Below, piece by piece: positions 27,629 to 36,223 of a DNA stretch of 64,000 nt. Numbering within the stretch: the stretch's first letter is position 1; every line of letters starts with the position of its first letter. Source of the DNA: Candidatus Caccoplasma merdipullorum (GTDB lineage Bacteria > Bacteroidota > Bacteroidia > Bacteroidales > G3-4614); the NCBI GenBank assembly GCA_017694415.1, contig JADIMW010000015.1, positions 3,638 through 67,637 of the forward strand, in the 5' to 3' direction. A program made the translations under genes and the position numbers. Below the pieces are notes generated by a model. The model was not told the DNA's origin and ran no database searches. It saw only the letters and a list, made by a program, of their open reading frames with translations.

Positions 27629-28534
27629 TTACTGTGTTATCTTCTTGAATTTTTCCGGTATGGGCGATTCGAATGTCAATTCGCGGCGCGTTATCGGATG
27701 AATGAACCGTAAACGGTATGCGTGCAGGGCAAGCCGTCCTGCCGGATTATCGTGCGAACCGTACCGCCTGTCTCCCGTTATCGGGTGTCCCTTTTCCGAC
27801 AAGTGGACGCGTATCTGGTTCTTTCGTCCAGTTTCGAGTTGCAGCGAAAGCAGCGAATATTTTCCGTTCGATTGAAGAGTCTCGTAGCGGGTATGTGCAT
27901 AGCGTCCTGCTTGCGGGTCGTCGGTGGAATACATCTGGTGTACGCTGTTTTCGGCGAGGAACGAGGTTATGTCTCCCTCGGCCGGTTCGATGCACCCCGC
28001 TATCACGGCGGCATAGCGGCGGTCGGTAACCAGTTCGTTCCACGAACGTTGCAGCATCGACTGTATCTTTTCCGACTTCGCATACATCAGCAGACCGGAA
28101 GTGTCGCGGTCGAGCCGGTGTACTACAAACAGTTTTGCGGCAGGGTCGTTTTCCTTGAGGTAATCGCTCAATATCCTGAATGCCGTTTTGTCCTTTATCT
28201 TGTCGGTAGCTACCGAAAGTAGCCCGTACCCTTTGTCCACGACTACGATATATTCATCCTCATATACTATTTTCAACCGCGGATGGCTGAGCCGCCCGAA
28301 TCCTCGTTCGAGATTTATCAGTATTTCGTCGCCGCGGTTAATCGGCGTGTCGTATGCCGTTACAGGTATTCTGTTTATTGCGATCTGCCTGTGGGTTAGC
28401 CACGATTTTACAGTAGTCCTGCTACATTCGGGGTATTGCGCTATCAGATATTTCAGCAGCGTGTCTTCTCCCTGCGCGACGGTTACTCTTATTTTCGATT
28501 TCTTTTCTCCCGACGGTTTATGTTTTATTCGCAT
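27629..28534 (-). CDS. RluA-family pseudouridine synthase with N-terminal S4-like domain
   Basis: Catalytic motif HRLDRDTSG. C-terminal block GRKNQIRVH. Confidence 0.9.
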   Translation of the reverse strand: MRIKHKPSGEKKSKIRVTVAQGEDTLLKYLIAQYPECSRTTVKSWLTHRQIAINRIPVTAYDTPINRGDEILINLERGFGRLSHPRLKIVYEDEYIVVVDKGYGLLSVATDKIKDKTAFRILSDYLKENDPAAKLFVVHRLDRDTSGLLMYAKSEKIQSMLQRSWNELVTDRRYAAVIAGCIEPAEGDITSFLAENSVHQMYSTDDPQAGRYAHTRYETLQSNGKYSLLSLQLETGRKNQIRVHLSEKGHPITGDRRYGSHDNPAGRLALHAYRLRFIHPITRRELTFESPIPEKFKKITQ

Positions 28535-28698
28535 ATCGGTTTTTTTCTTGTTGTTACGGTTGTTGCTGCAACCTTATTCTTTTGCGGCAAAGGTACAAAC
28601 ATAAGGCGAAAAGAACGACTGTTTGTCCGAAATTAAATATTTGTACCGCTGGCGAGCGTAAAAATGGTTTTGTAATTGCCGTTTATGTAAAATAATAT

Positions 28699-28706
28699 TA
28701 TCTTTG
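28699..28706 (+). promoter_or_regulatory. -7 box TATCTTTG for psd-pssA
   Basis: Exact TAnnTTTG, 36 nt upstream of the psd ATG. Confidence 0.45.
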
Positions 28707-28741
28707 CTTCCGGTTTACAAATAATAAGAAACTCCCCAAAA

Positions 28742-29422
28742 ATGAAGATGAAGATTCATCAGGAAGGCCGCGAGATACTGCTCGTGATTTTTGCAGTATT
28801 GACAGTTCTGAACATACTTTCGTATTACTTCATAGAGCCCCGGTGGATATGTACGTTGATATTGGCCGCCTCTATCATATTATATCTTGTCGTAGTCAAT
28901 TTCTTCCGCTCTCCGCGAAGAATATACCACGGAAGTTTTGACAGGAACGTAAATGTAATCGCCCCGGCCGACGGAAGGGTGGTTGCTTTGGAGGAGGTAA
29001 TGGAGAACGAATATTTCCATGAAAAGAGACTGCAGCTTTCTATCTTCATGAATCTGTTCAACGTACATGCAAACTGGTTTCCGGTGGAAGGAGAGGTTAT
29101 CCATGTAAGCCACCAGAACGGTCGTTTCCAATCGGCATTCCTTCCGAAATCGAGTACCGAAAACGAACGTTCTACCGTAGTGATAAAGACACCCTGCGGG
29201 GAAAATGTCCTTATGAGACAGATTGCCGGCGCAATGGCGCGGAGGATAGTAACGTATGCCGAGCCGGGCGACAGTTGCCGGATAGATGAACACATGGGTT
29301 TTATAAAGTTCGGTTCGAGGGTCGATCTGTTCCTGCCGATAGGGACGAAAGTATATGTAAAACTCGGGGACAGGACGACAGGCGGAATGACGCACGTAGC
29401 CGATTTGCCCGATGATAAATAG
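28742..29422 (+). CDS. psd: phosphatidylserine decarboxylase proenzyme (short membrane-anchored type)
   Basis: Two N-terminal TM helices. PADGRV, and the self-cleavage region FGSRVD (GS of the LGST-type site). Confidence 0.88.
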   Translation: MKMKIHQEGREILLVIFAVLTVLNILSYYFIEPRWICTLILAASIILYLVVVNFFRSPRRIYHGSFDRNVNVIAPADGRVVALEEVMENEYFHEKRLQLSIFMNLFNVHANWFPVEGEVIHVSHQNGRFQSAFLPKSSTENERSTVVIKTPCGENVLMRQIAGAMARRIVTYAEPGDSCRIDEHMGFIKFGSRVDLFLPIGTKVYVKLGDRTTGGMTHVADLPDDK

Positions 29423-29455
29423 AAATATTCGAATCATTATAAAAAACGGTAGTTT

Positions 29456-30169
29456 ATGAAAAAGCATATCCCGAACTTTATAACCTGTTTGAATCTGTTG
29501 TGCGGATGTCTGGCCTGTATCACGGCTTTTGAAGGTACGGTAGGCGGCGAGCACAAGATTTTTATAGCCTCCCTTTTTATATGTGCTGCTGCCGTTTTTG
29601 ATTTCCTCGACGGATTTGCAGCCCGTCTGCTGAAAGCATATTCCCCTATGGGAAAAGAACTCGATTCGTTGTCCGACCTTGTAAGTTTCGGCCTCGCTCC
29701 GGGACTGATAGCTTACCTTTTCGCCAGCGATCTGGTATTGACATACAATACTATTCCGGCAGGGAAATATGTGCCGTATCTGGCTCTTTTAATACCGATA
29801 TTCTCGGCATTGCGTCTTGCCAAGTTCAATATCGATGAACGTCAGACCACATCTTTTATAGGATTGCCGGTTCCGGCAAATGCCCTCTTCTGGATTGGCG
29901 TATATTTCTTCGGAATATCGTACGGCCTCGAATATCCGTATATCTGGATGGTGCTGGTAATACTGTTCTCGTACCTTATGGTATCGGAAATACCGATGTT
30001 CTCGTTGAAGTTCTCAAATTACTCCATAAAGGACAACTTCCTGCGTTACCTGATAATAGTGGCAGCGATAGTTTCGGTTTCAATATTCGGGTTGGGAGGC
30101 TTCGCACCTGTAATAGTCCTCTATATACTCTTGTCATTATTGCAAAATTGTCTGCACCTTAAAAAATAG
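29456..30169 (+). CDS. pssA: CDP-diacylglycerol--serine O-phosphatidyltransferase
   Basis: CDP-alcohol phosphatidyltransferase motif DFLDGFAARLL...G.ELDSLSD. Polytopic membrane protein. Confidence 0.9.
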   Translation: MKKHIPNFITCLNLLCGCLACITAFEGTVGGEHKIFIASLFICAAAVFDFLDGFAARLLKAYSPMGKELDSLSDLVSFGLAPGLIAYLFASDLVLTYNTIPAGKYVPYLALLIPIFSALRLAKFNIDERQTTSFIGLPVPANALFWIGVYFFGISYGLEYPYIWMVLVILFSYLMVSEIPMFSLKFSNYSIKDNFLRYLIIVAAIVSVSIFGLGGFAPVIVLYILLSLLQNCLHLKK

Positions 30170-30214
30170 GCACGCAATTTGTACCGTTACCATACGGATT
30201 CATAAACTACATTT

Positions 30215-30478
30215 ATGGGATTGATATATTTGTTGCTAATATTCGTACTCTTTGTAATAGTAGGAGTATTGTCTATGGCAGGTTCTATAATACGCAGCAT
30301 ATTCGGATTGGGAAGTTCCGTATTCGGTAACAAAACACGAATGAGACAGACTCCAGAAGCCGAAAAAGAAAACACCTCGTATTCACGCACAACCACGTAT
30401 GAGAGACGTGGAAAACTGTTCGGCCCGCACGAAGGGGAGTATGTCGATTTCGAGGAGGTAAAGGAGAACGAAAAGTAA
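30215..30478 (+). CDS. DUF4834 family small membrane protein
   Basis: 87 aa with N-terminal TM and C-terminal GEYVDFEEVKE motif. Located downstream of pssA. Confidence 0.65.
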   Translation: MGLIYLLLIFVLFVIVGVLSMAGSIIRSIFGLGSSVFGNKTRMRQTPEAEKENTSYSRTTTYERRGKLFGPHEGEYVDFEEVKENEK

Positions 30479-30617
30479 ACCGGACGGGTAGTCGTGGCAG
30501 AGTCTTTCGGTAATCCGTCCGTATGTAAGGGAATGCGATTTTATGCGATGCGGAGGCGTATGCAGAGCAAGTGTCGCAATATCATATTTGTTTGTTGTAT
30601 TTTAAGAAAATAATTGT

Positions 30618-30625
30618 TACCTTTG
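30618..30625 (+). promoter_or_regulatory. -7 box TACCTTTG for the his leader/operon
   Basis: Exact TAnnTTTG, 72 nt upstream of the leader-peptide ATG. Confidence 0.45.
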
Positions 30626-30697
30626 CCGTCGGAAGTGAAGATGAGTTGCAGAGGGGGGGAGTAAAGCGGCAGCGGCGAACATTGAGAATCTTTGAAT

Positions 30698-30757
30698 ATG
30701 ATAATGAAAGTACATAACAACGGACATCATCATCTTAGCTCACGAATAATGAGGTAA
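30698..30757 (+). CDS. putative histidine operon leader peptide (19 codons, His-His-His run)
   Basis: ATG ATA ATG AAA GTA CAT AAC AAC GGA CAT CAT CAT CTT AGC TCA CGA ATA ATG AGG TAA encodes MIMKVHNNGHHHLSSRIMR. Confidence 0.6.
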   Translation: MIMKVHNNGHHHLSSRIMR

Positions 30758-30788
30758 GCGTTGTGGCGTACATATATTCCAATATAAA

Positions 30789-30827
30789 AGAGGCTTACCT
30801 TAACAGTATGGGAAGCCTCTTTTTTTA
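30789..30827 (+). terminator. attenuator terminator upstream of hisG
   Basis: AGAGGCTTACC (30789-30799) / GGAAGCCTCT (30811-30820, one bulged A) followed by T7 (30821-30827). Confidence 0.7.
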
Positions 30828-30872
30828 TAAACGGTCTGGAAATTTATAAACAGAAAATAAAATATAAAGATT

Positions 30873-31724
30873 ATGCTAAGAATTGCTATTCAGTCAAAAG
30901 GTCGTCTGTACGAAGAGACCATGGATTTGCTCGGAGAACTCGGTATAAAACTCTCGTCGGCAAAACGGACGTTGTTGATACCCGCAAGAAATTTTCCGGT
31001 GGAAGTATTGTTCTTGAGAGATGACGATATACCTGAGTCTGTTGCGTCAGGTATAGCCGATGTAGGTATAGTGGGGCTCAACGAGTATATGGAAAAGGAC
31101 AAAGATGCCGAAATTGTAAAAAAACTGGAATTCAGCAAATGCCGTCTCTCTCTGGCTATTCCCAAAGATGCGGAATATGACGGGCTGAAATGGTTTGAAG
31201 GGAAGAAGATAGCAACATCGTATCCCAAGATACTGAACGATTTCCTCGATAAGAACGGAATAAAATCGGACATACATGTAATAACAGGTTCGGTGGAGAT
31301 AGCTCCCGGTATCGGCTTGTCGGATGCAATATTCGATATAGTAAGTTCCGGAAGCACACTTGTAAGCAATCAACTTAAGGAGGTGGAGGTAGTCGTGGAG
31401 TCGCAGGCTGTAATGATTGCCAACAAATCGCTAACAGACGAGAAACGCGAAATTCTCGAAGAGCTTCTTTTCCGCGTAGATGCAGTTCTGGCAGCCGACG
31501 GCAAGAAGTATATCCTTATGAACGTACCGAATGCTTCGCTCGATACCGTACTCGAGATATTGCCCGGAATAAAAAGTCCCACGGTAATGCCCCTCGCGCA
31601 GGAAGGCTGGAGTTCGGTACATGCCGTATTGCCGGAGAAACGCTTTTGGGAAATAATAAACCGCTTGCGTTCGGCAGGAGCAGAAGGAATACTTGTATTG
31701 AACATCGAAAAAATGGTACTTTAA
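30873..31724 (+). CDS. hisG: ATP phosphoribosyltransferase (long form)
   Basis: MLRIAIQSKGRLYEET..., blocks DIVSSGSTL and the C-terminal regulatory domain. Confidence 0.93.
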   Translation: MLRIAIQSKGRLYEETMDLLGELGIKLSSAKRTLLIPARNFPVEVLFLRDDDIPESVASGIADVGIVGLNEYMEKDKDAEIVKKLEFSKCRLSLAIPKDAEYDGLKWFEGKKIATSYPKILNDFLDKNGIKSDIHVITGSVEIAPGIGLSDAIFDIVSSGSTLVSNQLKEVEVVVESQAVMIANKSLTDEKREILEELLFRVDAVLAADGKKYILMNVPNASLDTVLEILPGIKSPTVMPLAQEGWSSVHAVLPEKRFWEIINRLRSAGAEGILVLNIEKMVL

Positions 31725-31725
31725 A

Positions 31726-33006
31726 ATGGAGATAATAAAAAATCCGGCAAGGGACAAATGGGGTTCATTGACGGAACGTTCCGGAATAGATACAGCAAAG
31801 ATACGTGGAAAAGTCTCTGACATTTTGGCAGACATACTCTCCCGCGGCGATGCTGCCGTGAGCGATTACGTCGAGCAGTTTCAAGGAGTGCGCCTCGATT
31901 CGTTTGCCGTAACGGAGAGCGAATTCGACGAAGCTGAAAAAAGTCTGGATACATCGCTCAAAGAAGCGATAAAGGCTGCAGGAGAGAATATCGCCAAATT
32001 CCACGCGTCGCAGAAACTTGCTGTAAAAAAAGTCGAAACGGTTCCCGGGGTAGTCTGCTGGCAAAAGAGCGTCCCTATCGAAAAGGTCGGCCTTTATGTA
32101 CCGGGAGGGACAGCCCCGCTATTCTCCACCGTATTGATGCTTGCCATACCGGCACGGATAGCAGGATGCTCCAAAATAGTAATCTGTTCGCCGTGCAATT
32201 CCGAAGGAAAAGTAAATCCTGCAACACTATATGCCGCCAAAATAGCAGGGGTTACCGATTTTTACAAACTGGGAGGTGTGCAGGCGATAGGAGCCATGGC
32301 ATACGGAACGGAGAGCGTAACCAAGGTATATAAGATTTTCGGCCCCGGCAATCAGTATGTTATGGAAGCAAAGCAACAGGTTTCAATATCGGGGGTAGCG
32401 ATAGATATGCCTGCTGGACCGTCGGAAGTAGAAGTGTTGGCCGATGATTCGGCCGACCCGGAATTCGTCGCTTCCGATTTCCTGTCGCAGTCCGAACACG
32501 GTGTGGACAGCCAATCAATACTCGTAACCACCGATGCCGCCCTCGCCGACAAGGTAAAAACGGCTATAGGCGAACAACTGAAACAGTTGCCGCGTCGGGA
32601 AATTGTCGAAAAAGCATTGCAGAACAGCCGTATAATAATATTCGACAATATGGACGACGCTATCGACTTTACGAACGAGTATGCACCCGAACACCTTATA
32701 ATATCGTGCCGCGAATACGGTTCGATTGGGGAGCGCATAATCAATGCCGGTTCTGTATTTTTAGGCCAGTATTCACCCGAAAGCGCAGGCGATTACGCAT
32801 CCGGAACAAACCACACGCTTCCCACCAGCGGATACGCCAAGGGGTACAACGGGGTAAACCTCGACAGTTTTATACGAAAAATAACGTTTCAGGAAATCTC
32901 GCGAAGCGGGCTTCAACAGATAGGAGAGACTATCGAGATAATGGCGGCAAACGAACTGTTGGATGCACACAAGAACGCAGTTTCCATACGATTAAAAAAC
33001 AAATAG
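31726..33006 (+). CDS. hisD: histidinol dehydrogenase
   Basis: 426 aa. Blocks GGVQAIGAMAYGT, AGPSEV, SQSEHG and NHTLPT. Confidence 0.95.
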   Translation: MEIIKNPARDKWGSLTERSGIDTAKIRGKVSDILADILSRGDAAVSDYVEQFQGVRLDSFAVTESEFDEAEKSLDTSLKEAIKAAGENIAKFHASQKLAVKKVETVPGVVCWQKSVPIEKVGLYVPGGTAPLFSTVLMLAIPARIAGCSKIVICSPCNSEGKVNPATLYAAKIAGVTDFYKLGGVQAIGAMAYGTESVTKVYKIFGPGNQYVMEAKQQVSISGVAIDMPAGPSEVEVLADDSADPEFVASDFLSQSEHGVDSQSILVTTDAALADKVKTAIGEQLKQLPRREIVEKALQNSRIIIFDNMDDAIDFTNEYAPEHLIISCREYGSIGERIINAGSVFLGQYSPESAGDYASGTNHTLPTSGYAKGYNGVNLDSFIRKITFQEISRSGLQQIGETIEIMAANELLDAHKNAVSIRLKNK

Positions 33007-33010
33007 CATT

Positions 33011-34051
33011 ATGAGGCGATTGGAAGAACTCGTAAGAGAAAACATATATCGGCTTAAACCATATTCATCGGCGAGAAGCGAATTCAAGGGCGAGGCATCG
33101 GTCTTTGTCGATGCGAATGAAAACCCTTATGATACGTTGTATAACCGCTATCCCGACCCGTTACAGACTAAACTGAAAGAAAAACTTTCGGCATTGAAAG
33201 GCGTGTCGGCAGAAAATATATTTCTTGGTGTCGGCAGCGATGAGGCAATCGACTTGCTATACCGCATATTTTGCGAGCCGCGCCGCGATAATGTAGTGGC
33301 TATCGACCCTACATACGGAATGTACGGCGTATGTGCCGACATAAACGAAGTGGAATACCGCTCCGTACGGCTCGACGAAAAGTTCGACATAGACGTAGAG
33401 GCGCTGTTCGCATCCGTCGATGCAAATACGAAACTCATCTGGCTCTGCTCGCCAAACAACCCGACAGGCAATTCGCTTTCGACAGACAGAATAAAGAACA
33501 TTATCGGGAGGTTCGACGGCATAGTGGTACTCGACGAAGCGTATATCGACTTTTCGGCATACCCTTCATTTTTAAGCGAGTTGCACAACTATCCCAATCT
33601 GGTAATACTGCAAACATTCTCGAAAGCGTGGGGAAGTGCCGGCGTACGTCTCGGAATGGCTTTTGCCGACAAACAGATAATCGGCATCTTCAACAAGGTA
33701 AAATATCCGTACAACATAAATATCCTTACGCAGCGGTATGCCGTCAAGCTATTGGACAAAGCGCCGGCAGTAAAACGCCGCGTCGCAGAGATAATAAGAA
33801 ACAGAGGCGTATTGGAAAAGCAGTTGCGCAAATATTCTTGTATCAAGGAGATATATCCGAGCGATTCGAACTTTCTGTTAGTCTCCACGACAGGGGCGAA
33901 GGATATTTACAACTATCTGGTCGAAGCCGGGATAATAGTCCGCAACCGCCACGGAATAACACTTTGCGACGAATGTCTGAGAATAACCGTCGGGACGCGC
34001 GACGAAATAAGTAAAATATCGGCAGCACTTGCAGCATACGATAAGAAGTAG
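33011..34051 (+). CDS. hisC: histidinol-phosphate aminotransferase
   Basis: 346 aa class-II aminotransferase. NENPY, YPDP, and the PLP lysine context TFSKAWG. Confidence 0.92.
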   Translation: MRRLEELVRENIYRLKPYSSARSEFKGEASVFVDANENPYDTLYNRYPDPLQTKLKEKLSALKGVSAENIFLGVGSDEAIDLLYRIFCEPRRDNVVAIDPTYGMYGVCADINEVEYRSVRLDEKFDIDVEALFASVDANTKLIWLCSPNNPTGNSLSTDRIKNIIGRFDGIVVLDEAYIDFSAYPSFLSELHNYPNLVILQTFSKAWGSAGVRLGMAFADKQIIGIFNKVKYPYNINILTQRYAVKLLDKAPAVKRRVAEIIRNRGVLEKQLRKYSCIKEIYPSDSNFLLVSTTGAKDIYNYLVEAGIIVRNRHGITLCDECLRITVGTRDEISKISAALAAYDKK

Positions 34052-34055
34052 AGAT

Positions 34056-35183
34056 ATGAAGAGGGTATTATTTATAGACCGCGACGGGACACTGGTGGTG
34101 GAACCGCCTGTTGACAAGCAGCTCGACTCGTTGGAGAAACTCGAGTTCATACCCGGCGTATTCCGTAATCTGGGGATAATAAGGGAAAAGACCGATTTCG
34201 AATTCGTAATAGTTTCGAATCAGGACGGGCTCGGAACAGCCTCGTTCCCGACCGACACGTTCCTTCCGCCGCAAAACAAGATGTTGCAGGCATTTTCCAA
34301 TGAAGGGATAGAATTCGATGCCATACACATCGACCCGTCGATGCCCGAAGAAAACAAGCCCACCCGCAAGCCCGGGACGGCAATGCTTGTAGATTATATG
34401 AACGGCGATTACGACATGGCATCGTCGTATGTTGTCGGCGACAGGCTAACTGATGTAATGTTGGCAAAGAACCTCGGATGCAAAGCCATACTTCTCTCTC
34501 CCGACGGAACAGGCGAAGAAGAAGTAAAAAAAGCAGACTTGCAGGCAACCTGTGCGCTCGTCGCAACATCGTGGAGCGAAATAGCCGCTTATCTGCTGGT
34601 AGGAGAGCGCACAGCGGAGGTACATAGAAAAACGGCAGAGACCGATATATACGTCCGTTTGAATCTCGACGGCAAAGGGCGTTGCGACATAAACACGGGG
34701 CTTCCGTTCTTCGACCACATGCTCGACCAGCTCGGCCGTCATTCAGGAATGGATGTAACGATACGAGCCAAAGGCGACCTGCAGGTAGATGAACATCACA
34801 CGATAGAAGATACAGGCATAACCATAGGTGAAACACTGCGCAAGGCACTTGGCGACAAACGTGGGATAGAACGGTACGGATTTACATTGCCGATGGACGA
34901 TTCTCTGTGCAGTGTGGCTCTCGATTTCGGCGGACGCGCGTGGCTCGTATGGGATGCCGATTTCAAACGCGAAAAGATAGGGGATATGCCCACCGAGATG
35001 TTCATGCACTTTTTCAAATCGCTTTCCGATGCCGCAGCCATGAATCTGAACATAAAGGCCGAAGGCGTAAACGAACATCACAAGATAGAAGGGATATTCA
35101 AGGCATTCGCGCGCGCAATCAGAATGGCAGTAAAGCGCGATCCGTTAAGCGACAATATCCCCACCACCAAAGGGATTATATAG
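34056..35183 (+). CDS. hisB: bifunctional histidinol-phosphatase / imidazoleglycerol-phosphate dehydratase
   Basis: HAD motif FIDRDGT at the N-terminus. The IGPD half carries DEHHTIED and NEHHKIE motifs. Start at ATG 34056. Confidence 0.93.
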   Translation: MKRVLFIDRDGTLVVEPPVDKQLDSLEKLEFIPGVFRNLGIIREKTDFEFVIVSNQDGLGTASFPTDTFLPPQNKMLQAFSNEGIEFDAIHIDPSMPEENKPTRKPGTAMLVDYMNGDYDMASSYVVGDRLTDVMLAKNLGCKAILLSPDGTGEEEVKKADLQATCALVATSWSEIAAYLLVGERTAEVHRKTAETDIYVRLNLDGKGRCDINTGLPFFDHMLDQLGRHSGMDVTIRAKGDLQVDEHHTIEDTGITIGETLRKALGDKRGIERYGFTLPMDDSLCSVALDFGGRAWLVWDADFKREKIGDMPTEMFMHFFKSLSDAAAMNLNIKAEGVNEHHKIEGIFKAFARAIRMAVKRDPLSDNIPTTKGII

Positions 35184-35206
35184 CATGGACTGTTCATTGT
35201 ATAGAT

Positions 35207-35245
35207 AAAAACAGGGAATATAACAGTGTTCCCTGTTTTTATTTT
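35207..35245. terminator. bidirectional terminator between hisB and the deaminase gene
   Basis: AAAAACAGGGAA / TTCCCTGTTTTT: stem 35211-35218 / 35229-36, flanked by A- and T-runs. Confidence 0.7.
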
Positions 35246-35302
35246 GCCATTCGAAAAGCAGGTTTTTGTATCCTGCTTTGTAAACCGTTTGTGTATCGGT
35301 AT

Positions 35303-35857
35303 TCAATATTCAATCTTGTCGCTCTTTTCTCTCCACATGTCGAAAGCCCTGACAGCCTCATCCGGCAATATTTCACCGGTTTTAAGACGCCGTTCAGCAG
35401 GAGCTTTGTCCAGTTCCTCATAAATAAAAGCATCATCGAATCCAATATCAGCCGCATCATGCTTGTCGTTGCCATAGAACATGCTGTCGATATGCGACCA
35501 GTATATCGCTCCGAAGCACATTGGACACGGTTCGCAAGATGTATATATCGTGCAGCCGCTTAAATCAAATGTCCCGAGTTTTTTGCACGCCGCGCGTATG
35601 GCGCTGATTTCGGCGTGGGCAGTAGGGTCGTTGTCGGCAGTAACCCTGTTTGCGCCGGTTGCGACAACTTCCCCGTTGCGGACTATTACGGCTCCGAAAG
35701 GCCCTCCGCCATGTCTCACATTCTCTTCTGATACTTTAATGGCGAGACGCATAAATTTTTCATGTACCGTACAGTCCGAATCTTTTCGGCAGCCGTCCTG
35801 TGCAGTACAAATCCTCACCACAGCCAACAGCGCAAATATTATTGCGAACCTTTTCAT
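35303..35857 (-). CDS. guanine-deaminase-like CDA-fold nucleoside/nucleobase deaminase carrying an N-terminal signal peptide
   Basis: The core aligns closely by eye with B. subtilis GuaD (GGPFGAVIV, DPTAHAE, YTSCEPCPMC, GFDD.FIY.E). It is preceded by MKRFAIIFALLAVVRICTAQ. Confidence 0.8.
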   Translation of the reverse strand: MKRFAIIFALLAVVRICTAQDGCRKDSDCTVHEKFMRLAIKVSEENVRHGGGPFGAVIVRNGEVVATGANRVTADNDPTAHAEISAIRAACKKLGTFDLSGCTIYTSCEPCPMCFGAIYWSHIDSMFYGNDKHDAADIGFDDAFIYEELDKAPAERRLKTGEILPDEAVRAFDMWREKSDKIEY

Positions 35858-35994
35858 GCTTTTAAAATTTCGTTATGCGGCAAAAATATAACAATAAGTC
35901 TCAATTCTGTTATAAATACCCGAAAATATGCAAATACAGACCTGTGTTCGCTTTAAAAATAGAGGTGCGCCCCTTTTTGCTAAAATTTCCATAT

Positions 35995-36012
35995 TGTAAC
36001 AGATTTGTAACA
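35995..36012 (+). promoter_or_regulatory. distal Pho-box-like direct repeat TGTAACA-N4-TGTAACA
   Basis: Two perfect heptamers with 11-bp periodicity (35995-36001 and 36006-36012). Confidence 0.4.
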
Positions 36013-36133
36013 TAAAAGAACTGCGTCTGTTGCTGAACAGTTATTCCGCATTGAGAGCGACACGCACCGTGTAGTGTCGGTATATTTCTGACTATTACCG
36101 AAGTATGTGTGCAGTTTCCCTAAATATACAAGG

Positions 36134-36187
36134 CGTAACAAAGAAATCGTAACAATATCGTAACAAATTTGTTTGAGTTTCGTAACA
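36134..36187 (+). promoter_or_regulatory. proximal array of four CGTAACA heptamers (putative PhoB-type response-regulator sites)
   Basis: CGTAACA at 36134, 36148, 36159 and 36181. Copies 2-3 form a 7+4+7 unit and copy 4 lies 22 bp further on. The array ends 10 bp before the -7 box. Confidence 0.45.
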
Positions 36188-36196
36188 GTGTCAATC

Positions 36197-36204
36197 TACT
36201 TTTG
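36197..36204 (+). promoter_or_regulatory. -7 box TACTTTTG for the porin-pst operon
   Basis: Exact TAnnTTTG, 20 nt upstream of the porin ATG (36224). Confidence 0.45.
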
Positions 36205-36223
36205 CAAACGTAAAACATGGTAT

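Noticed and set aside
30653-30659. G7 homopolymer in the his leader as a phase-variation tract
   Set aside because: It lies in an untranslated part of the leader upstream of the mini-ORF. It is short and has no obvious reading-frame or spacing consequence.
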